From the IMG/VR virus record IMGVR_UViG_3300031354_000002, positions 212-64,211 of that record: 64,000 nucleotides of DNA. One strand, 5' to 3'. Shown here piece after piece: positions 44,787-56,100 of this stretch. A program made the position numbers and the translations under genes. The notes beneath the pieces are model-generated. The model searched no databases and had not been told where the DNA came from. It saw only the letters and a program-made list of their open reading frames with translations. Position 1 is the stretch's first letter, and every line of letters starts with the position of its first letter. The DNA is from a virus (Duplodnaviria > Caudoviricetes).

Positions 44787-44816
44787 ATTCTATCATATGA
44801 CGCGACGCCTCGTCAA
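44787..44816 (-). promoter_or_regulatory. sigma70-type promoter driving the structured leader and cassette array
   Basis: TTGACG-N18-TAGAAT with extended TG; the inverted repeat TGACG-N8-CGTCA overlaps the -35 box. Confidence 0.7.
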
Positions 44817-45187
44817 CCCCCCTAGCAGCAGCAGGTGCTCGGCAGCTCCATGAGCCACGCCACGTGGTGCTTGGCATATGCTTCATTGCCGTCGGGGTAC
44901 TCTTCGCAGGGGCCGATCATGGATTCCTCCGGAGCCAGAGTCTCCCCGCGAGGAACCTTGAAAATGTCCACCCCTCCCATAAACCCTGAGTTTCGGACAT
45001 ATACCCTGGCCCCTGTCTTGCTGGCCACTCTTTTAATGCTCTCCATAAAACAGTAGTTACATGTCATTTTTTTTTCCTCCTTCAGTTTATTGATTGATAT
45101 GCTTATAGCCTCAACTGCGCATCTTTTATTAGATTCAATCCACCATGCACATTTTTCCTCCTGACAATCAGTCATTGATATTCATTA

Positions 45188-45583
45188 TTATTCTACTCCT
45201 TCCTCCTTGTCCAAAATGGCCCGAAGGACGCGAATTCTGTTGCCCGCCCGAACCCTGTCGCGCGCGAAGAACTGGCCCGAATCCATTATCGCCTCAAGAT
45301 AGTTTAGCTCGGTGCGCGGAGTCGCAAAGGAACCCCTAGACGCCATCCCCATATATTGACGGAAAATGGCCGAATGCTTTTGTTTGGGGATGCGGTCATC
45401 CGGCATTTCACCTCCATTTTCACAATACTGGAGCAGGCGCTCCATTGACATTCCTGTCACCTCTGCTATACTTCTGAGGCACGCGACGGACGGGGTTACT
45501 TTGCCGTGCATAACCTTGATGATATGTGCGTAGGTGTACCCTGTCCTCTTCGCGATTCGGGCATAGTTCAGTTGTCTAGCCAC
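45188..45583 (-). CDS. XRE/Cro-type HTH transcriptional regulator
   Basis: YARIAKRTGYTYAHIIKVMHGKVTPSVACLRSIAEVTGMSMERLL. Confidence 0.8.
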   Translation of the reverse strand: MARQLNYARIAKRTGYTYAHIIKVMHGKVTPSVACLRSIAEVTGMSMERLLQYCENGGEMPDDRIPKQKHSAIFRQYMGMASRGSFATPRTELNYLEAIMDSGQFFARDRVRAGNRIRVLRAILDKEEGVE

Positions 45584-45594
45584 GGTAGTTTAGC

Positions 45595-45894
45595 CTATGG
45601 TATTCGCACGCCCAGTCTTTCCAGAACGGGAATTAATGCATCCTCTAGCTCACTGGAGGAAAGCCTCTCCATTACTATCCCTCCGATCCTCTCTGCCACT
45701 CCATCGAGAACAGCGAGTAGTGCCTCCTCTATCGGTACAGTTATTCCTTTTATGTGGGTGGGTATTTCTTTTTCCTTCTCTGGTAAGGTGTCTACGTTTA
45801 CACAACTGCCCTCAATCTCGATGTCTTTCGACAGTACAATTGAGAGTCCTCCAATCCTTACATGTCTTCCTTTCGGTATTGTCATTCGCGCCAT
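45595..45894 (-). CDS. Hypothetical protein
   Basis: RBS AAGGAGG; first gene after the promoter at 45924-45952. Confidence 0.6.
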   Translation of the reverse strand: MARMTIPKGRHVRIGGLSIVLSKDIEIEGSCVNVDTLPEKEKEIPTHIKGITVPIEEALLAVLDGVAERIGGIVMERLSSSELEDALIPVLERLGVRIP

Positions 45895-45923
45895 AATTGG
45901 CCTCCTTTCGATGTGATGAGACC

Positions 45924-45952
45924 AGTATACAGCGCGAGCCGCACTTCGTCAA
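45924..45952 (-). promoter_or_regulatory. sigma70-type promoter for the regulator operon
   Basis: TTGACG-N17-TATACT with extended TG. Confidence 0.75.
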
Positions 45953-45959
45953 GCGGGGT

Positions 45960-46415
45960 CTAGGACCGGGCAACTCCTTTGGATTTTTCGACGCCGCGAA
46001 TGATTGCTAGGCCTAGCATGGCGCTGACCAGCTCCAATAGCCCATTCGCCTCGACCGGGAAGGGTGCTAATGCTTGGGCAGCCCATGAGATTTTAACCCA
46101 CAGAATTGCCGCGAGCAGATATTGCGGAATGAAATAGCAGCCAAGGGATACACCGCATACCCACCCAATAAAGGGGCGCCACCCGGACACAAACACACTC
46201 GGATGCTTGGCCTCCTGTATGTTGATCTGGACTTGGCCCTCGCGCGCCATATTCTCCAGTTCCATCATTTTTTCCTGTAGTTCAGCCTTCTTTTCTGGGG
46301 ACATATCCCCTGTTATGGCAGTGCGTATATCCTTGGCCAGACTGCCAACGCCCTCAAGCACTCCTTTAACTGTGCCTGCGCCAGTTTCGGCGAACAATTT
46401 TCCGAGAAATCCCAT
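45960..46415 (-). CDS. Holin (3TM / GTA-holin-like family)
   Basis: EAKHPSVFVSGWRPFIGWVCG...LLELVSAMLGLAIIRGVEK. Confidence 0.85.
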   Translation of the reverse strand: MGFLGKLFAETGAGTVKGVLEGVGSLAKDIRTAITGDMSPEKKAELQEKMMELENMAREGQVQINIQEAKHPSVFVSGWRPFIGWVCGVSLGCYFIPQYLLAAILWVKISWAAQALAPFPVEANGLLELVSAMLGLAIIRGVEKSKGVARS

Positions 46416-46462
46416 TGTATATTCCTCCTTTGTATCTTTTATACATCTCTTTTGTATCTTGT

Positions 46463-46888
46463 TTACGCAGAGAACGGATCCGAGAACAGTGCTATGTTGG
46501 ACCTCGACCGAAATGGCCGCACTTTCACGAATGCATTTTGCCGCATAGCATCTTCTACCGTCAGCGTCGAGGAACCCCCGCCGGAGGCCCCGATCGACAG
46601 ATCATCCGATATGCACATTTCCACATGAATGACCCGGCTATCGGGTCCTTTGTTCCAGAACACAAGACATCCTAACTTGGGCGTGTCTGTCTCGGGAAAC
46701 ATCTTGGATAGCTGGTCCGCTGTCCAGTCTCCGCCCCTCGGCAGTATTCCTACACTTTTCAGTATCTCAATTGTTAGACCTGAACAGTCGAAACCCTCCG
46801 GGTCGTCCCCTCCCCATCTATATGGGGTGCCCAGATATGACATGGCAATTTGTTGCGCAATGTAGCGCTTAAACGATACAGAACTCAT
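46463..46888 (-). CDS. NlpC/P60 peptidoglycan peptidase (endolysin)
   Basis: YLGTPYRWGG...GFDCSGL...PKLGCLVFW...HVEM; start taken at MSSVS. Confidence 0.9.
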   Translation of the reverse strand: MSSVSFKRYIAQQIAMSYLGTPYRWGGDDPEGFDCSGLTIEILKSVGILPRGGDWTADQLSKMFPETDTPKLGCLVFWNKGPDSRVIHVEMCISDDLSIGASGGGSSTLTVEDAMRQNAFVKVRPFRSRSNIALFSDPFSA

Positions 46889-47178
46889 GTCGATCCTCCT
46901 TGGCTGCCGCCATTTTTTGCTACTATTCCATTTAATGTTTGTTGTATTAGCTGGGTAGTTGTGTCCAGACTGTGCAGACATTTGGTCTGCTCTTCCAGCT
47001 TGGCGTCAAGCTTCTCGAACCTGACCTTGCCTTCTCTTAATTCATCTACCACCACGCTGTGGGATACGTCGTACACTTCCCTGTCCAGCTTGCACTCCAC
47101 CTTGTTGTTCAGCCACTTAAGTAATCCTCCAAATACTACCACGATCACCCCCGCTACTATGCTTTCGATAAAGTTCAT
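46885..47178 (-). CDS. Membrane protein with coiled coil (holin/antiholin-like)
   Basis: N-terminal TM helix, upstream of the lysin. Confidence 0.55.
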   Translation of the reverse strand: MNFIESIVAGVIVVVFGGLLKWLNNKVECKLDREVYDVSHSVVVDELREGKVRFEKLDAKLEEQTKCLHSLDTTTQLIQQTLNGIVAKNGGSQGGST

Positions 47179-47618
47179 ACACTTTCTCCTGTTGCGGTTT
47201 TCTTAAATACCCGCCTAAATGCTCGCACGATAAAGTTCGGTTTCATATTCTCTGCGATATAGGCCTCATTTTCGCGCTTCATATGACCCATTATGGCTGC
47301 ATTGAACCTGCGCTCAACCAGTTCCGCCGCCTGTGTTTTTATAGCCCTGTTCGTCCGCGTAAGCTCGTCGAACATGCTGTGAACTGCATCAGTCCCGCTT
47401 TTGTCTATGCCGCACCCGCAGTGACACTTGGTAGTAGAGAATTTCTTCCCGGAGGCAATAGCCACGAATGTTTCGTTGATTACTACTTCGGCGATGTCCT
47501 TCTGGATGCCAAGCTGTTCGGCCCGCTTAAATACTGCGTTAATGGCGTCCTCCACTGGGTTGTCCCTGCCATAGCCTTCCCCGATCCACAGTTTCTTGTA
47601 ATTTAACATTAATGACAT
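47175..47618 (-). CDS. Hypothetical protein
   Basis: 147 aa, packed ORF. Confidence 0.55.
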   Translation of the reverse strand: MSLMLNYKKLWIGEGYGRDNPVEDAINAVFKRAEQLGIQKDIAEVVINETFVAIASGKKFSTTKCHCGCGIDKSGTDAVHSMFDELTRTNRAIKTQAAELVERRFNAAIMGHMKRENEAYIAENMKPNFIVRAFRRVFKKTATGESV

Positions 47619-47628
47619 AATCCCTCCA

Positions 47629-49080
47629 TTATGGTGCTAAACGTTTGCGTGTAGTGTAGGTCCCGTCAGTGGCGTAGCACGCGGCTATTGACCCTTGTGA
47701 GACACTGCTCTCATTGAAGAACTCAGTATTCCCTGTGGCTTCGGTAATTATCATCTTGTTGACCAGTGCGATTCTAAGCTCATCGGCTATAGTATCTATT
47801 GTGGATAGTTGCCCATCAATGTCAGAATCGTCTGCAGGATCGTCAGGCAGATTATCTGTGCGTTCCTGGATTGTATCAAGTTTTCCATCCATTGTGCCTT
47901 GATTTGTGGCAGTTGCCATATCCGGTATGGAGTCAAAACTGCTGCCGTCTTCAGTGTCAAGCATAAATCCTGTAGCAGTAGCCCAGTCACCCTGATTAGT
48001 CTGAAGTTCGTCTGTATCATTAAGTATTGCATCTATATCAGTCCATAGTTGTGCTCCGGCTTTGCCTGCGTCTGTGTGCCCTGTCGATGCCTCGTCCCAC
48101 ACTGCATCAGCAATACCTTCAGCCGTTAACGCTGATCCACCAGCATTATCAGCAATTTCCTTAACTACAGAACCAGCTACAGAATTATCATAATCTGTTC
48201 CCGAGTCCGTATTAAATAGATCAGCTAGAGCAGACGCTTTTATTTCATCTACACTAACATCTCCAGTTACACTACCTACTGAACCAGATAGATTTCCAGT
48301 TATATCTCCAGTAATATCCATAGTCTGATTAGGTAGATTTATTGCTGTTAAATGATCCCCGTCTCCACCGGCTTCAGTAAGACCCACACCCGCTGCACCT
48401 ATTTCGGCAGTATCAACAAGGATATCGTCAACAATACCATCAATGGTGTCTATTTTACCGTCCATAGTGGACAGCGTTCCGGGGATATCGTCAGTTTGAA
48501 GTTCATTGGTGTCAGCTACTATGTCTGCTGTCTCTGCCTTAACCGCTGCAATATCCGCTGAGACACTAGCTCCTGCTGGCGCCCCGAGCCTTGCATAGTT
48601 ATCACCAGTTTGAGCCGTGTGTCCTGTTAATGCTGTGCATGTATCAGTAAGAACGACTCCCTGCACTTTATGTGTAGATGGATCGTATCCGGTATCGGCG
48701 AAATCCTTGAGATCTGTCGCCGACTGCGCTCCATCCCCAATTTGAAGAAGATTAGCCTCCACAGGCTTAAGGTCGAAACTACCAATAAAACCTGTTGGGT
48801 TCTGAGAATCAACCGCAAGGGTACAGAACACTGCATAGGTATTTCCAGCGGCGAATCCATTAGCAGCGGTGGCCTCTACCTCAACCTCGTAACACCCAGC
48901 AGGATAATTCGCATGGCTTAGAAGTACGGGTGTAGGAGAGTCAACTGGGGCAGCATCGGAAGCAGCGCCAGCTAATCTAACATCTGCCGCAGGACTTGCT
49001 CCATCATTTCCTGAGCCACTGGTATCGTTGGAGCCAAACCAGAAATAGACACTATCTTCTAATGTAGCATATTGTTTCAT
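47629..49080 (-). CDS. Acidic repetitive virion-associated fibre-like protein
   Basis: Repeated DT.ELQT / IDTID..VD.I heptads, AVWDEA motif. Confidence 0.6.
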   Translation of the reverse strand: MKQYATLEDSVYFWFGSNDTSGSGNDGASPAADVRLAGAASDAAPVDSPTPVLLSHANYPAGCYEVEVEATAANGFAAGNTYAVFCTLAVDSQNPTGFIGSFDLKPVEANLLQIGDGAQSATDLKDFADTGYDPSTHKVQGVVLTDTCTALTGHTAQTGDNYARLGAPAGASVSADIAAVKAETADIVADTNELQTDDIPGTLSTMDGKIDTIDGIVDDILVDTAEIGAAGVGLTEAGGDGDHLTAINLPNQTMDITGDITGNLSGSVGSVTGDVSVDEIKASALADLFNTDSGTDYDNSVAGSVVKEIADNAGGSALTAEGIADAVWDEASTGHTDAGKAGAQLWTDIDAILNDTDELQTNQGDWATATGFMLDTEDGSSFDSIPDMATATNQGTMDGKLDTIQERTDNLPDDPADDSDIDGQLSTIDTIADELRIALVNKMIITEATGNTEFFNESSVSQGSIAACYATDGTYTTRKRLAP

Positions 49081-50459
49081 TGTATTACTCCATTAAATAA
49101 ATCAGAGCCTAAATTTGGCCCTTGAAGTTGGTTCATAATTGATCCTCCGCCCCCAGCAGGTGTATAAACAATGGTTAGTTCGGTTCCATCTCCACTTTCC
49201 ACTGCAACAAGACCAACATAGTCATAGCCACTTGGACTATTTTCAAGGATTGCTATAGCCCAAGGATCATTTTCTTGATGAGCTGCTGCAACTTCATCTC
49301 CATTAAATCTGTGATTAAAAAGTGTAGATAATTCAGATGAGTCTCCGTCCGAACCGTCCCACGCAACTGCATCAGAGTGGAATACTCCGTCAACAGGTCT
49401 ATTAGTATCTCCCCATACTGCCGGCGACCTGGAATCAACTAATTCAATAGTAGCATCTTGAACACCTGATCCAGTAGTTCCTGTACTATTAACAGTAATT
49501 TTACATCCGTTTGTGGCAGTTGCTCCAGCAGGTACAGATATAGAACTCCAATGTAATCCTGCATTAAAAGCCGCGCCTCCATAAGAACCGACAAAAATAA
49601 CACCGCTATAATTATCAAACCAAGATCCACCAACTGTTTCAAATCCATCACTTGTGGCTTCTGTAGGACCATAAGTAGTGTCTGGGTAAATATAGAGCCA
49701 TTCGTCAGCCTCAACGTTGAAAGGCCCCATGATAATGTTAATTTTCTTTGTGCCATCGCCATTATCTATTACTGCAATTTCTCTCTCTTCGGCTTCATCA
49801 TAATCCCATCTCCATGTAAACTTATCAGTTATTTTAAAACCCATTGTTCGTATGGGATTACCGAAGGCGCCAGAATTTTGAATCTGAATTATTTCTATAT
49901 CGTCAGGTAAATCATCAAGTATAGCAATAATCCTTACCTGTCCTGCAACCGGAGACTTTAATCTAACTCCAATATGTATATTGTCTCCACTTCCACCAGC
50001 TTCTAATCCAATGGCAAGATCATACGGATTTTGAGAACCAAAGCTTAAATGAGCATCTGGAAAAGTTAAGTATCCGGTACACTTCTTCTCTCTTTCTACC
50101 CATTCCCCTCTGAAAACTTCCCCATCTCTGAAACCTCTTTCAGGTGTTCCATGTGGTTGTGTAACCCATTCACCGCCTATGTATGCTTGTACAGCAAATT
50201 TGAACTTGTTGCATATAACCTGACCGAGCCTTGATATCGTTTGTCTGTCGGGATCAAGTCTTAAGACATTTTTACTTTTGCCAAATTTTAACTGAAAGCC
50301 ATCCTTGACATATGGTTGGTATTCTCCATTACCATCCAATATATTTTCATCGCCAGGAGAACTTCTGAAGGCATAAGTATTAGGTATAACAACATCCAAG
50401 TCATCAGTAACTTCAAATGTTCTACCTGCTTTTTCCCATTTTAAGTGATTGAATTTCAT
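49077..50459 (-). CDS. Putative tail-associated protein (AT-rich module)
   Basis: 460 aa; C-terminal MNQLQGPNLGSDLFNGV linker; position in the tail/lysis block. Confidence 0.55.
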   Translation of the reverse strand: MKFNHLKWEKAGRTFEVTDDLDVVIPNTYAFRSSPGDENILDGNGEYQPYVKDGFQLKFGKSKNVLRLDPDRQTISRLGQVICNKFKFAVQAYIGGEWVTQPHGTPERGFRDGEVFRGEWVEREKKCTGYLTFPDAHLSFGSQNPYDLAIGLEAGGSGDNIHIGVRLKSPVAGQVRIIAILDDLPDDIEIIQIQNSGAFGNPIRTMGFKITDKFTWRWDYDEAEEREIAVIDNGDGTKKINIIMGPFNVEADEWLYIYPDTTYGPTEATSDGFETVGGSWFDNYSGVIFVGSYGGAAFNAGLHWSSISVPAGATATNGCKITVNSTGTTGSGVQDATIELVDSRSPAVWGDTNRPVDGVFHSDAVAWDGSDGDSSELSTLFNHRFNGDEVAAAHQENDPWAIAILENSPSGYDYVGLVAVESGDGTELTIVYTPAGGGGSIMNQLQGPNLGSDLFNGVIQ

Positions 50460-50998
50460 TGTAAATACCTATTTAATTTAGTTAATATTTGTGTCCCACT
50501 AATACGATTTGACAAATCTATAAAACAATGCTTCTTTCCCTTTAATGCCTCATTAATGCTATTGTCATCAGAGTCATATCTCTTATCAGCATCTTCTAAA
50601 GACCATCCAAGTCTATCATGCATACTTTGTACTGTGGTTTTTTTATCTCTCCAACATCTTATCAACGTAGGATTATCAAAGGATTCAACTATTTCTTTCA
50701 TTTTAAAACACAATAGAGGCTCTTTAAATCCCCATTTTTTATGTTTTGACATTGTTTTTATAAATTCAGTATATTCCATATTAAAATTATAATGATCTTC
50801 AAGTGTGCATACTGAATTTATAAGTTCCTTACACGCTTGATGTAATTTAACATCCTCAAAACTACCTCGGGGCCAGACATGGGTTTTTCCGTGAGTAGTT
50901 CTATATAAACATACTCCGAAATATTCATTCACAATCCTAGCCACGAAACTTGATCCGCTTCTCGGAGGAGATATAATAATTACAGGGTTTGTTACCAA
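50456..50998 (-). CDS. Sulfotransferase-family P-loop protein (copy 2)
   Basis: IISPPRSGSSFVARIV, FED, WGFKEP, LIRCWRD...QSM. Confidence 0.7.
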   Translation of the reverse strand: MVTNPVIIISPPRSGSSFVARIVNEYFGVCLYRTTHGKTHVWPRGSFEDVKLHQACKELINSVCTLEDHYNFNMEYTEFIKTMSKHKKWGFKEPLLCFKMKEIVESFDNPTLIRCWRDKKTTVQSMHDRLGWSLEDADKRYDSDDNSINEALKGKKHCFIDLSNRISGTQILTKLNRYLQ

Positions 50999-51000
50999 AG

Positions 51001-51204
51001 TTATAATATCCTCTGCTTGTCAGTCTGAAAGTCAATGTCTATACCGGCATTTCTAAGCTCAGTACCTTGCAGAAGAAATGGAACAAAACCCTCGGATCCG
51101 TTGGAAATATTACTTTCCCCTACATGACTTTTGTAGACTTTCTTTCCGCCATCTCTGATATAAATTCTGCCATTGGCAGTATATTTTTCTAAGGTCTCTG
51201 ACAT
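51001..51204 (-). CDS. Small hypothetical protein
   Basis: 67-aa ORF in the AT-rich block. Confidence 0.45.
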   Translation of the reverse strand: MSETLEKYTANGRIYIRDGGKKVYKSHVGESNISNGSEGFVPFLLQGTELRNAGIDIDFQTDKQRIL

Positions 51205-51375
51205 TACAATTCATGCCTCAGTCCCTGTGTGGCCGCGAAGTATGCTCTCGCTGCAGCAGTAGGAGTTGGAGTAGGAAATACCCCGCCGCTAACTACTGCC
51301 AGCCAGTCATTTAAAGGTTGATATTCAACTGCTCCACCATTTATTCCGCCTATTCTCCATGCTTGCAGTGGCATA

Positions 51376-52119
51376 TTATCCCTCCAGTTCTATCTCTGCA
51401 ATATCGTTGGGGTCGAACCCGCTCTCGATATTAGCCCAATTTCGCGTTGACCCCCCTCTTGTTGATACAATCAGAAGCCCCGTTGCCGGAGGCTCGGTTA
51501 CTTGCTTGACTGACAGGCTCTCAAGATACCCCGTATCGGCACTTTTGTTCTGCGCTCTGAACGAGGAATTTGGGGAAATATAGCTAAAGTATTTCGTAGC
51601 TGATTCGGTGAACACTGTTACTTTGGCCGTAGGTCCAAGTTGAATCCCGTCTCCGCCTTCAGCATCCATATCAACAACAAGTTGAAATAATCCAGTTGAG
51701 AATATACTAAGTTGATCTAAGTTTTTATAAGTATCCACAGGAGCATACGCTTTGCCATCACTAAATGTCCATGCCCTGTCTCCTTCCCCCACTACCCAAT
51801 CGGTTCCACCAGATTCAAAATCCCCATTAGATAAAAGTTCTTCTCCAAGTGTCAACCCACTTCCAATTGATCCAGTGAACCCGACAGCTTTTTTCCCCGA
51901 CGAATCTATGAGTGTAAGCTTCTGTGTGCCCGCGTACGACGATAGGTCGACATCCGAGTACACAAAGGCTATTCCATCGACCAGAGATGCCAAAACTGAG
52001 GTAAATTCAGTTATGCTGGTTATGGGTCGATTGACCCCTCCCCCCAACTGGTTTCCTATTACTCGCATGCTAGCCCCCGTCTGTCCACGTCCCCGACCGG
52101 CCCAGAGTTCTCCACCCAT
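51376..52119 (-). CDS. Tail-associated protein with a galactose-binding/CBM-like domain
   Basis: GEELLSNGDFESGGTDW ... SVKQV pattern typical of phage CBM-like modules. Confidence 0.55.
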   Translation of the reverse strand: MGGELWAGRGRGQTGASMRVIGNQLGGGVNRPITSITEFTSVLASLVDGIAFVYSDVDLSSYAGTQKLTLIDSSGKKAVGFTGSIGSGLTLGEELLSNGDFESGGTDWVVGEGDRAWTFSDGKAYAPVDTYKNLDQLSIFSTGLFQLVVDMDAEGGDGIQLGPTAKVTVFTESATKYFSYISPNSSFRAQNKSADTGYLESLSVKQVTEPPATGLLIVSTRGGSTRNWANIESGFDPNDIAEIELEG

Positions 52120-52501
52120 TTATATCATCGTTGTGAAGAACTACAAAATCCCCAGCCCCGCTCGCGGAAGATATTTTATCCCCGTTATCCAGCGCTACGC
52201 CATCCAGCACAATTCGGTCATTGGCATTGGGGTCGACATGTACCGCTGCCGCAGTTGTGCTATACACAGTTATAGCCAGACCATCTCCGATGACTGGAGG
52301 CAGAGTTACTGTCCCAGTCGCGGTCATATACAAAATCTGGCCCCGACACTGATCCCTTGTCAGAGTTATATTCCCGTTGGACTCTATGTCGGGGGTACCC
52401 CCGGCGATATCCCCCGGAGTATTAATAGCGTCCCCTATGACAAGCTTTCCATTTATCCGTTTCATTATACCAACCTCCTGCTGTACAGTGTCAGCCCCCA
52501 A
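52070..52501 (-). CDS. Small virion structural protein
   Basis: TVTLPPV..GL.ITV...VDPNANDRI...GW...G.W module typical of fibre/decoration proteins. Confidence 0.55.
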   Translation of the reverse strand: MGADTVQQEVGIMKRINGKLVIGDAINTPGDIAGGTPDIESNGNITLTRDQCRGQILYMTATGTVTLPPVIGDGLAITVYSTTAAAVHVDPNANDRIVLDGVALDNGDKISSASGAGDFVVLHNDDINGWRTLGRSGTWTDGG

Positions 52502-53082
52502 AGGTTATCATCCGTGTTCGGGAAAGTAACATATACGATATCGTTCGGGTCGAGGGGAATAGGCTCGTCGAATATATCGATTATATCCTGAACCCCATAC
52601 ATCGGCTCGTCATATATCTTCCTGTCCCATGCCGCGCCGCGACTTGCATCCACACTTATCTCCAAATCCTCCTCGGTCGCGCAGGCTGCAGCCAAATGCA
52701 GTGCTAGACCCCAGAACTCACTCCTTTCCGGGTACTTGAATCCGGGTCTGAGAGTCTCCGTTCCGCCCGGAGTCTCGGCGACGTACGGGGCCAGTATGTC
52801 CAGAGTATTTGCCGCAACCGCTATGATAGTTCTTAGCCCATCATAATTGGTGGTTCCCTGAACATAGATGCAATTGCTCTCGTTCCGTTTCCACGCATCT
52901 GCAGTGGCCTTAAATCCGTGATCATTGCTGGTTAATCTGACTACTCCACCAACTCCTGTCGCCCGGATCAGGTCCGGGTAGCTCCCTGACTGATTGGATA
53001 TAGCCGAAGCCCCAATGACGGTGTTCATTTCCTCATCGCCACTGAAATGCCATTTGTCCAGTCTACTAATATCTATTTCCAT
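52465..53082 (-). CDS. Virion structural protein
   Basis: LTSNDHGF...VQGTTNYDG motif, as in ubiquitin-activating-enzyme-FCCH-like phage tail domains. Confidence 0.5.
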   Translation of the reverse strand: MEIDISRLDKWHFSGDEEMNTVIGASAISNQSGSYPDLIRATGVGGVVRLTSNDHGFKATADAWKRNESNCIYVQGTTNYDGLRTIIAVAANTLDILAPYVAETPGGTETLRPGFKYPERSEFWGLALHLAAACATEEDLEISVDASRGAAWDRKIYDEPMYGVQDIIDIFDEPIPLDPNDIVYVTFPNTDDNLWGLTLYSRRLV

Positions 53083-53104
53083 TTAACACCCCCATTATAT
53101 AGGT

Positions 53105-56100
53105 TTAACGTTTTCTTCCCCTTGATATTGTCTGTCTGGCCCTTTTCTTGGAAAGGCCCTTCTTCTTATCTTTTTCCCTGAGATACTCAATTCCAGCTTC
53201 GGTTCTGAATGGGCCTCCTAGCACTGCCCGAACCTGCTCCGATGTTCCCCTGACCCTAAACAACTGATGCCCTCTGACGTCCGTGACCTCTCCTCGCGCC
53301 ACAGCCTCTATTCCCTGAATGGTTCTGTCCCACTGGACCCCGGCAGTAGTATGATACCTAAGCAGCCACTGGCGGAGCTTGGTGAAATCTTCGTATTTCA
53401 TAAAGCGCTGTATTCCGGTGGCCAGATCACTGAAATACTCGAACGGGGTAGTTCCGCGCCCGGACTGAGGCCCCCCGACATATTCCCCGACGTAAGGGAT
53501 CTGCCCCATAATATATCCGAAGAACGGGACAAATGAGCTTACAGTCCATGGCTTTCTCCCGATCGATTTATCGACAACGGCATTAGTCACCATTATTGCA
53601 GCAACCCATCTCCCCAATATCATCAAGCGTCGACGTATGGTCGCTCTCCCGGCATCGCTGTCCGGGTCTACCTTTTCCCCTTCTGGCGGAGCCTCCTTTG
53701 AGGAGATAGTGTGGTATATACCGACCCTTCCGATAGTGCTTCTCAATATCGGAACATTTATCTCGCGCACTGTGTTGAACACGTCGAAAGCAAATGTCTG
53801 GAATGGGGTCACTGCTCCAACTTCTCTAGCCCTCAGCAGCCCCGGAAGATCTGCGTAGTTGTACATGCTCTGGGTCTTGGCTCCTCCCTCGGAGGCGTAC
53901 TCCCACAGCGCCCGTCCCGTAAGGCCCAAATGATTCTTTCCATAGTAATATGCTGAAGCTACAGCATGCCCAGTCAGTAAATTCTCTATAGCCGATGTAA
54001 GGAAGTTAGCATACTCGGTAACAGAATCCAATTTGCTGGCCTGCAGCCTTTTGTTTTTGGTGATAGAATCCTGCACATCTTGATAGTGTAGTTTCCCGCC
54101 CCATCTGGATTTGACTATTTGGCTGTACGCTATCTGCTGAACAGCCTGATTCATCGTCGGGCTTGTCAGGTAGGACAGCCCTTTGATGTTAGCGATAGTG
54201 CCATATCTGGCAAAGGTTATTCCAGCGGAGGATGTCTGAATGAACATATTCCACGTGAAGTTCAGCGGAAAAACTGCCCTAGACAGATTTCTGCGCAGCG
54301 ATAGTAGTCCTCCGTGAACCTTCTCCGGAAGGACTCTCTTGGCAACCTTGGTTATGGCCGGGCTAGTTCCGGCGAACACCTCACTGGTCCACGTATTTAT
54401 CGCATCTGCGGAGTGATCAAGTCCGACGCTTTTCATAACCGCGCTATATATTTTATTGTTGTGGATTATATTAGTGTCGAATATATCCCTCCCGGACGTA
54501 TCTGCATAATCGGCCATCAGAACAGACAGTCTGCGCTCCTTCATATAGTCCGGGATTCCTCCTTCCTTGGGCAGCGCTCTTGGGTTGAAGGGTTGGTTCG
54601 GCTGTATAAAGTCCGGCATCTCTGGCCGCTCCATCACCAAATGGATATTGTGCATGGAGCCATAAAGTTTGGCCCACGCATTCTGCGCAAGTATGTCCGG
54701 GGAGTAGAATGCCCTGCGCGGGATTTCCTTCTGTTTCCTCAACCGACGTGCAGTGTTGACATTGGCCCGCATCCGGGTATATAGAACCCTAGCCTCGATC
54801 GCGGCCTCGACAATATCCCTGTGGTCCTTGGGCTTGATTTTTACCAGCGCCTCTTTTACCCCCTTCATGCTAAGTATGTCGTCGACCTTCTTTCCGAAGG
54901 CCTTGCTCTGGCTAACATGCTCTAGCACTGCTGTGACGGCCTCGTCTTTCTTGCGGGTCCGGATTTTGTGCTTGTCCAGTATATCGGCTACCTGAGATTT
55001 TTGATAATCCACCCATTTGAGCTTCGCCATCATTGTGGAGCGAGCTGGCCACAGGACATGAGACTGGACCGGACCCCCGAAATGGCCTTGGTCAATGGCC
55101 TGCATCATCCGGGTCGGGTCCGTCCACATTTCCACGCGCTTGCTGATATCGGTGTATGCGGAAATTGTGTCCTTAAACTTGTCTAGAACAAAATATCCAC
55201 TCTGGCGTATGGCGGGCTTGATATTTCCAGCTTCCGTGGTAATAGTGGCAATGTACTGCTTGGCCTTCTCGTCGAACCTGTACACCTCGGACGGAAGCAA
55301 CTCGCCAATGGTAGGCATATTGTCGAAGTATACCTTGATATTGGCCGGGTCCTTCTCCTTGAGATATGCTATGGCGCTTTTGTCCAGCGGAGAACCCTCT
55401 ATCGGGGTATAGAACTGCTTCTTGTACGCCTCGACGCGGGCTTTGACCTTCTCCGCGCGGCCAGTTTTGGCAGCAGAGTCGATGGAGAAAAGCGTCTGAC
55501 CCTTGTGGAGAACAGACTCGCGCATCGCATCAGTAATTTCAATATAATGAACCTTTGCCTTATTCACGGCTATTCTATCGATATTGTCGGGGGTTACTTG
55601 TTTCTGGTCTACTCTGCCCTCCCATATTTCCAGTTTCCCGGTCTTCGCTCCCCATTGCTTGCCATATTTTTCGGCGAATCCGGGGAGGCGTTGGTCGTAG
55701 AAAGTTTTCATACCCTCGCCGCCAATGGTTAGGCCTTCCCCCTCCACGCTACCCCGGCTCTCCCCAGACCGAATGCGATCGGCAAGCTGCTTCCCTACAA
55801 GATCTTGAAGTGTAACCTCTTGGTTATGTATCTTGGTAGAACCCTGTAACGGTATAACTTCGCTGAACACTACCTTCCCATCTTTGTGTCCAGTTATAGT
55901 AGCATACCCATTCCCAGCGCTGTCATTCATTAATTTATCAGCTATATCCTGCACCGGCGCCCTATATGACCCATCGGTTCCTTCAACAAATTGTCCTGTT
56001 CTATTGTTGAATACTGCATAGTGGTTATCGGACAGCCTCTCAACACTGAGATTATCATTGCTTACGTTCTGCCAACTGATACTATCCACGACCCGTCTCG

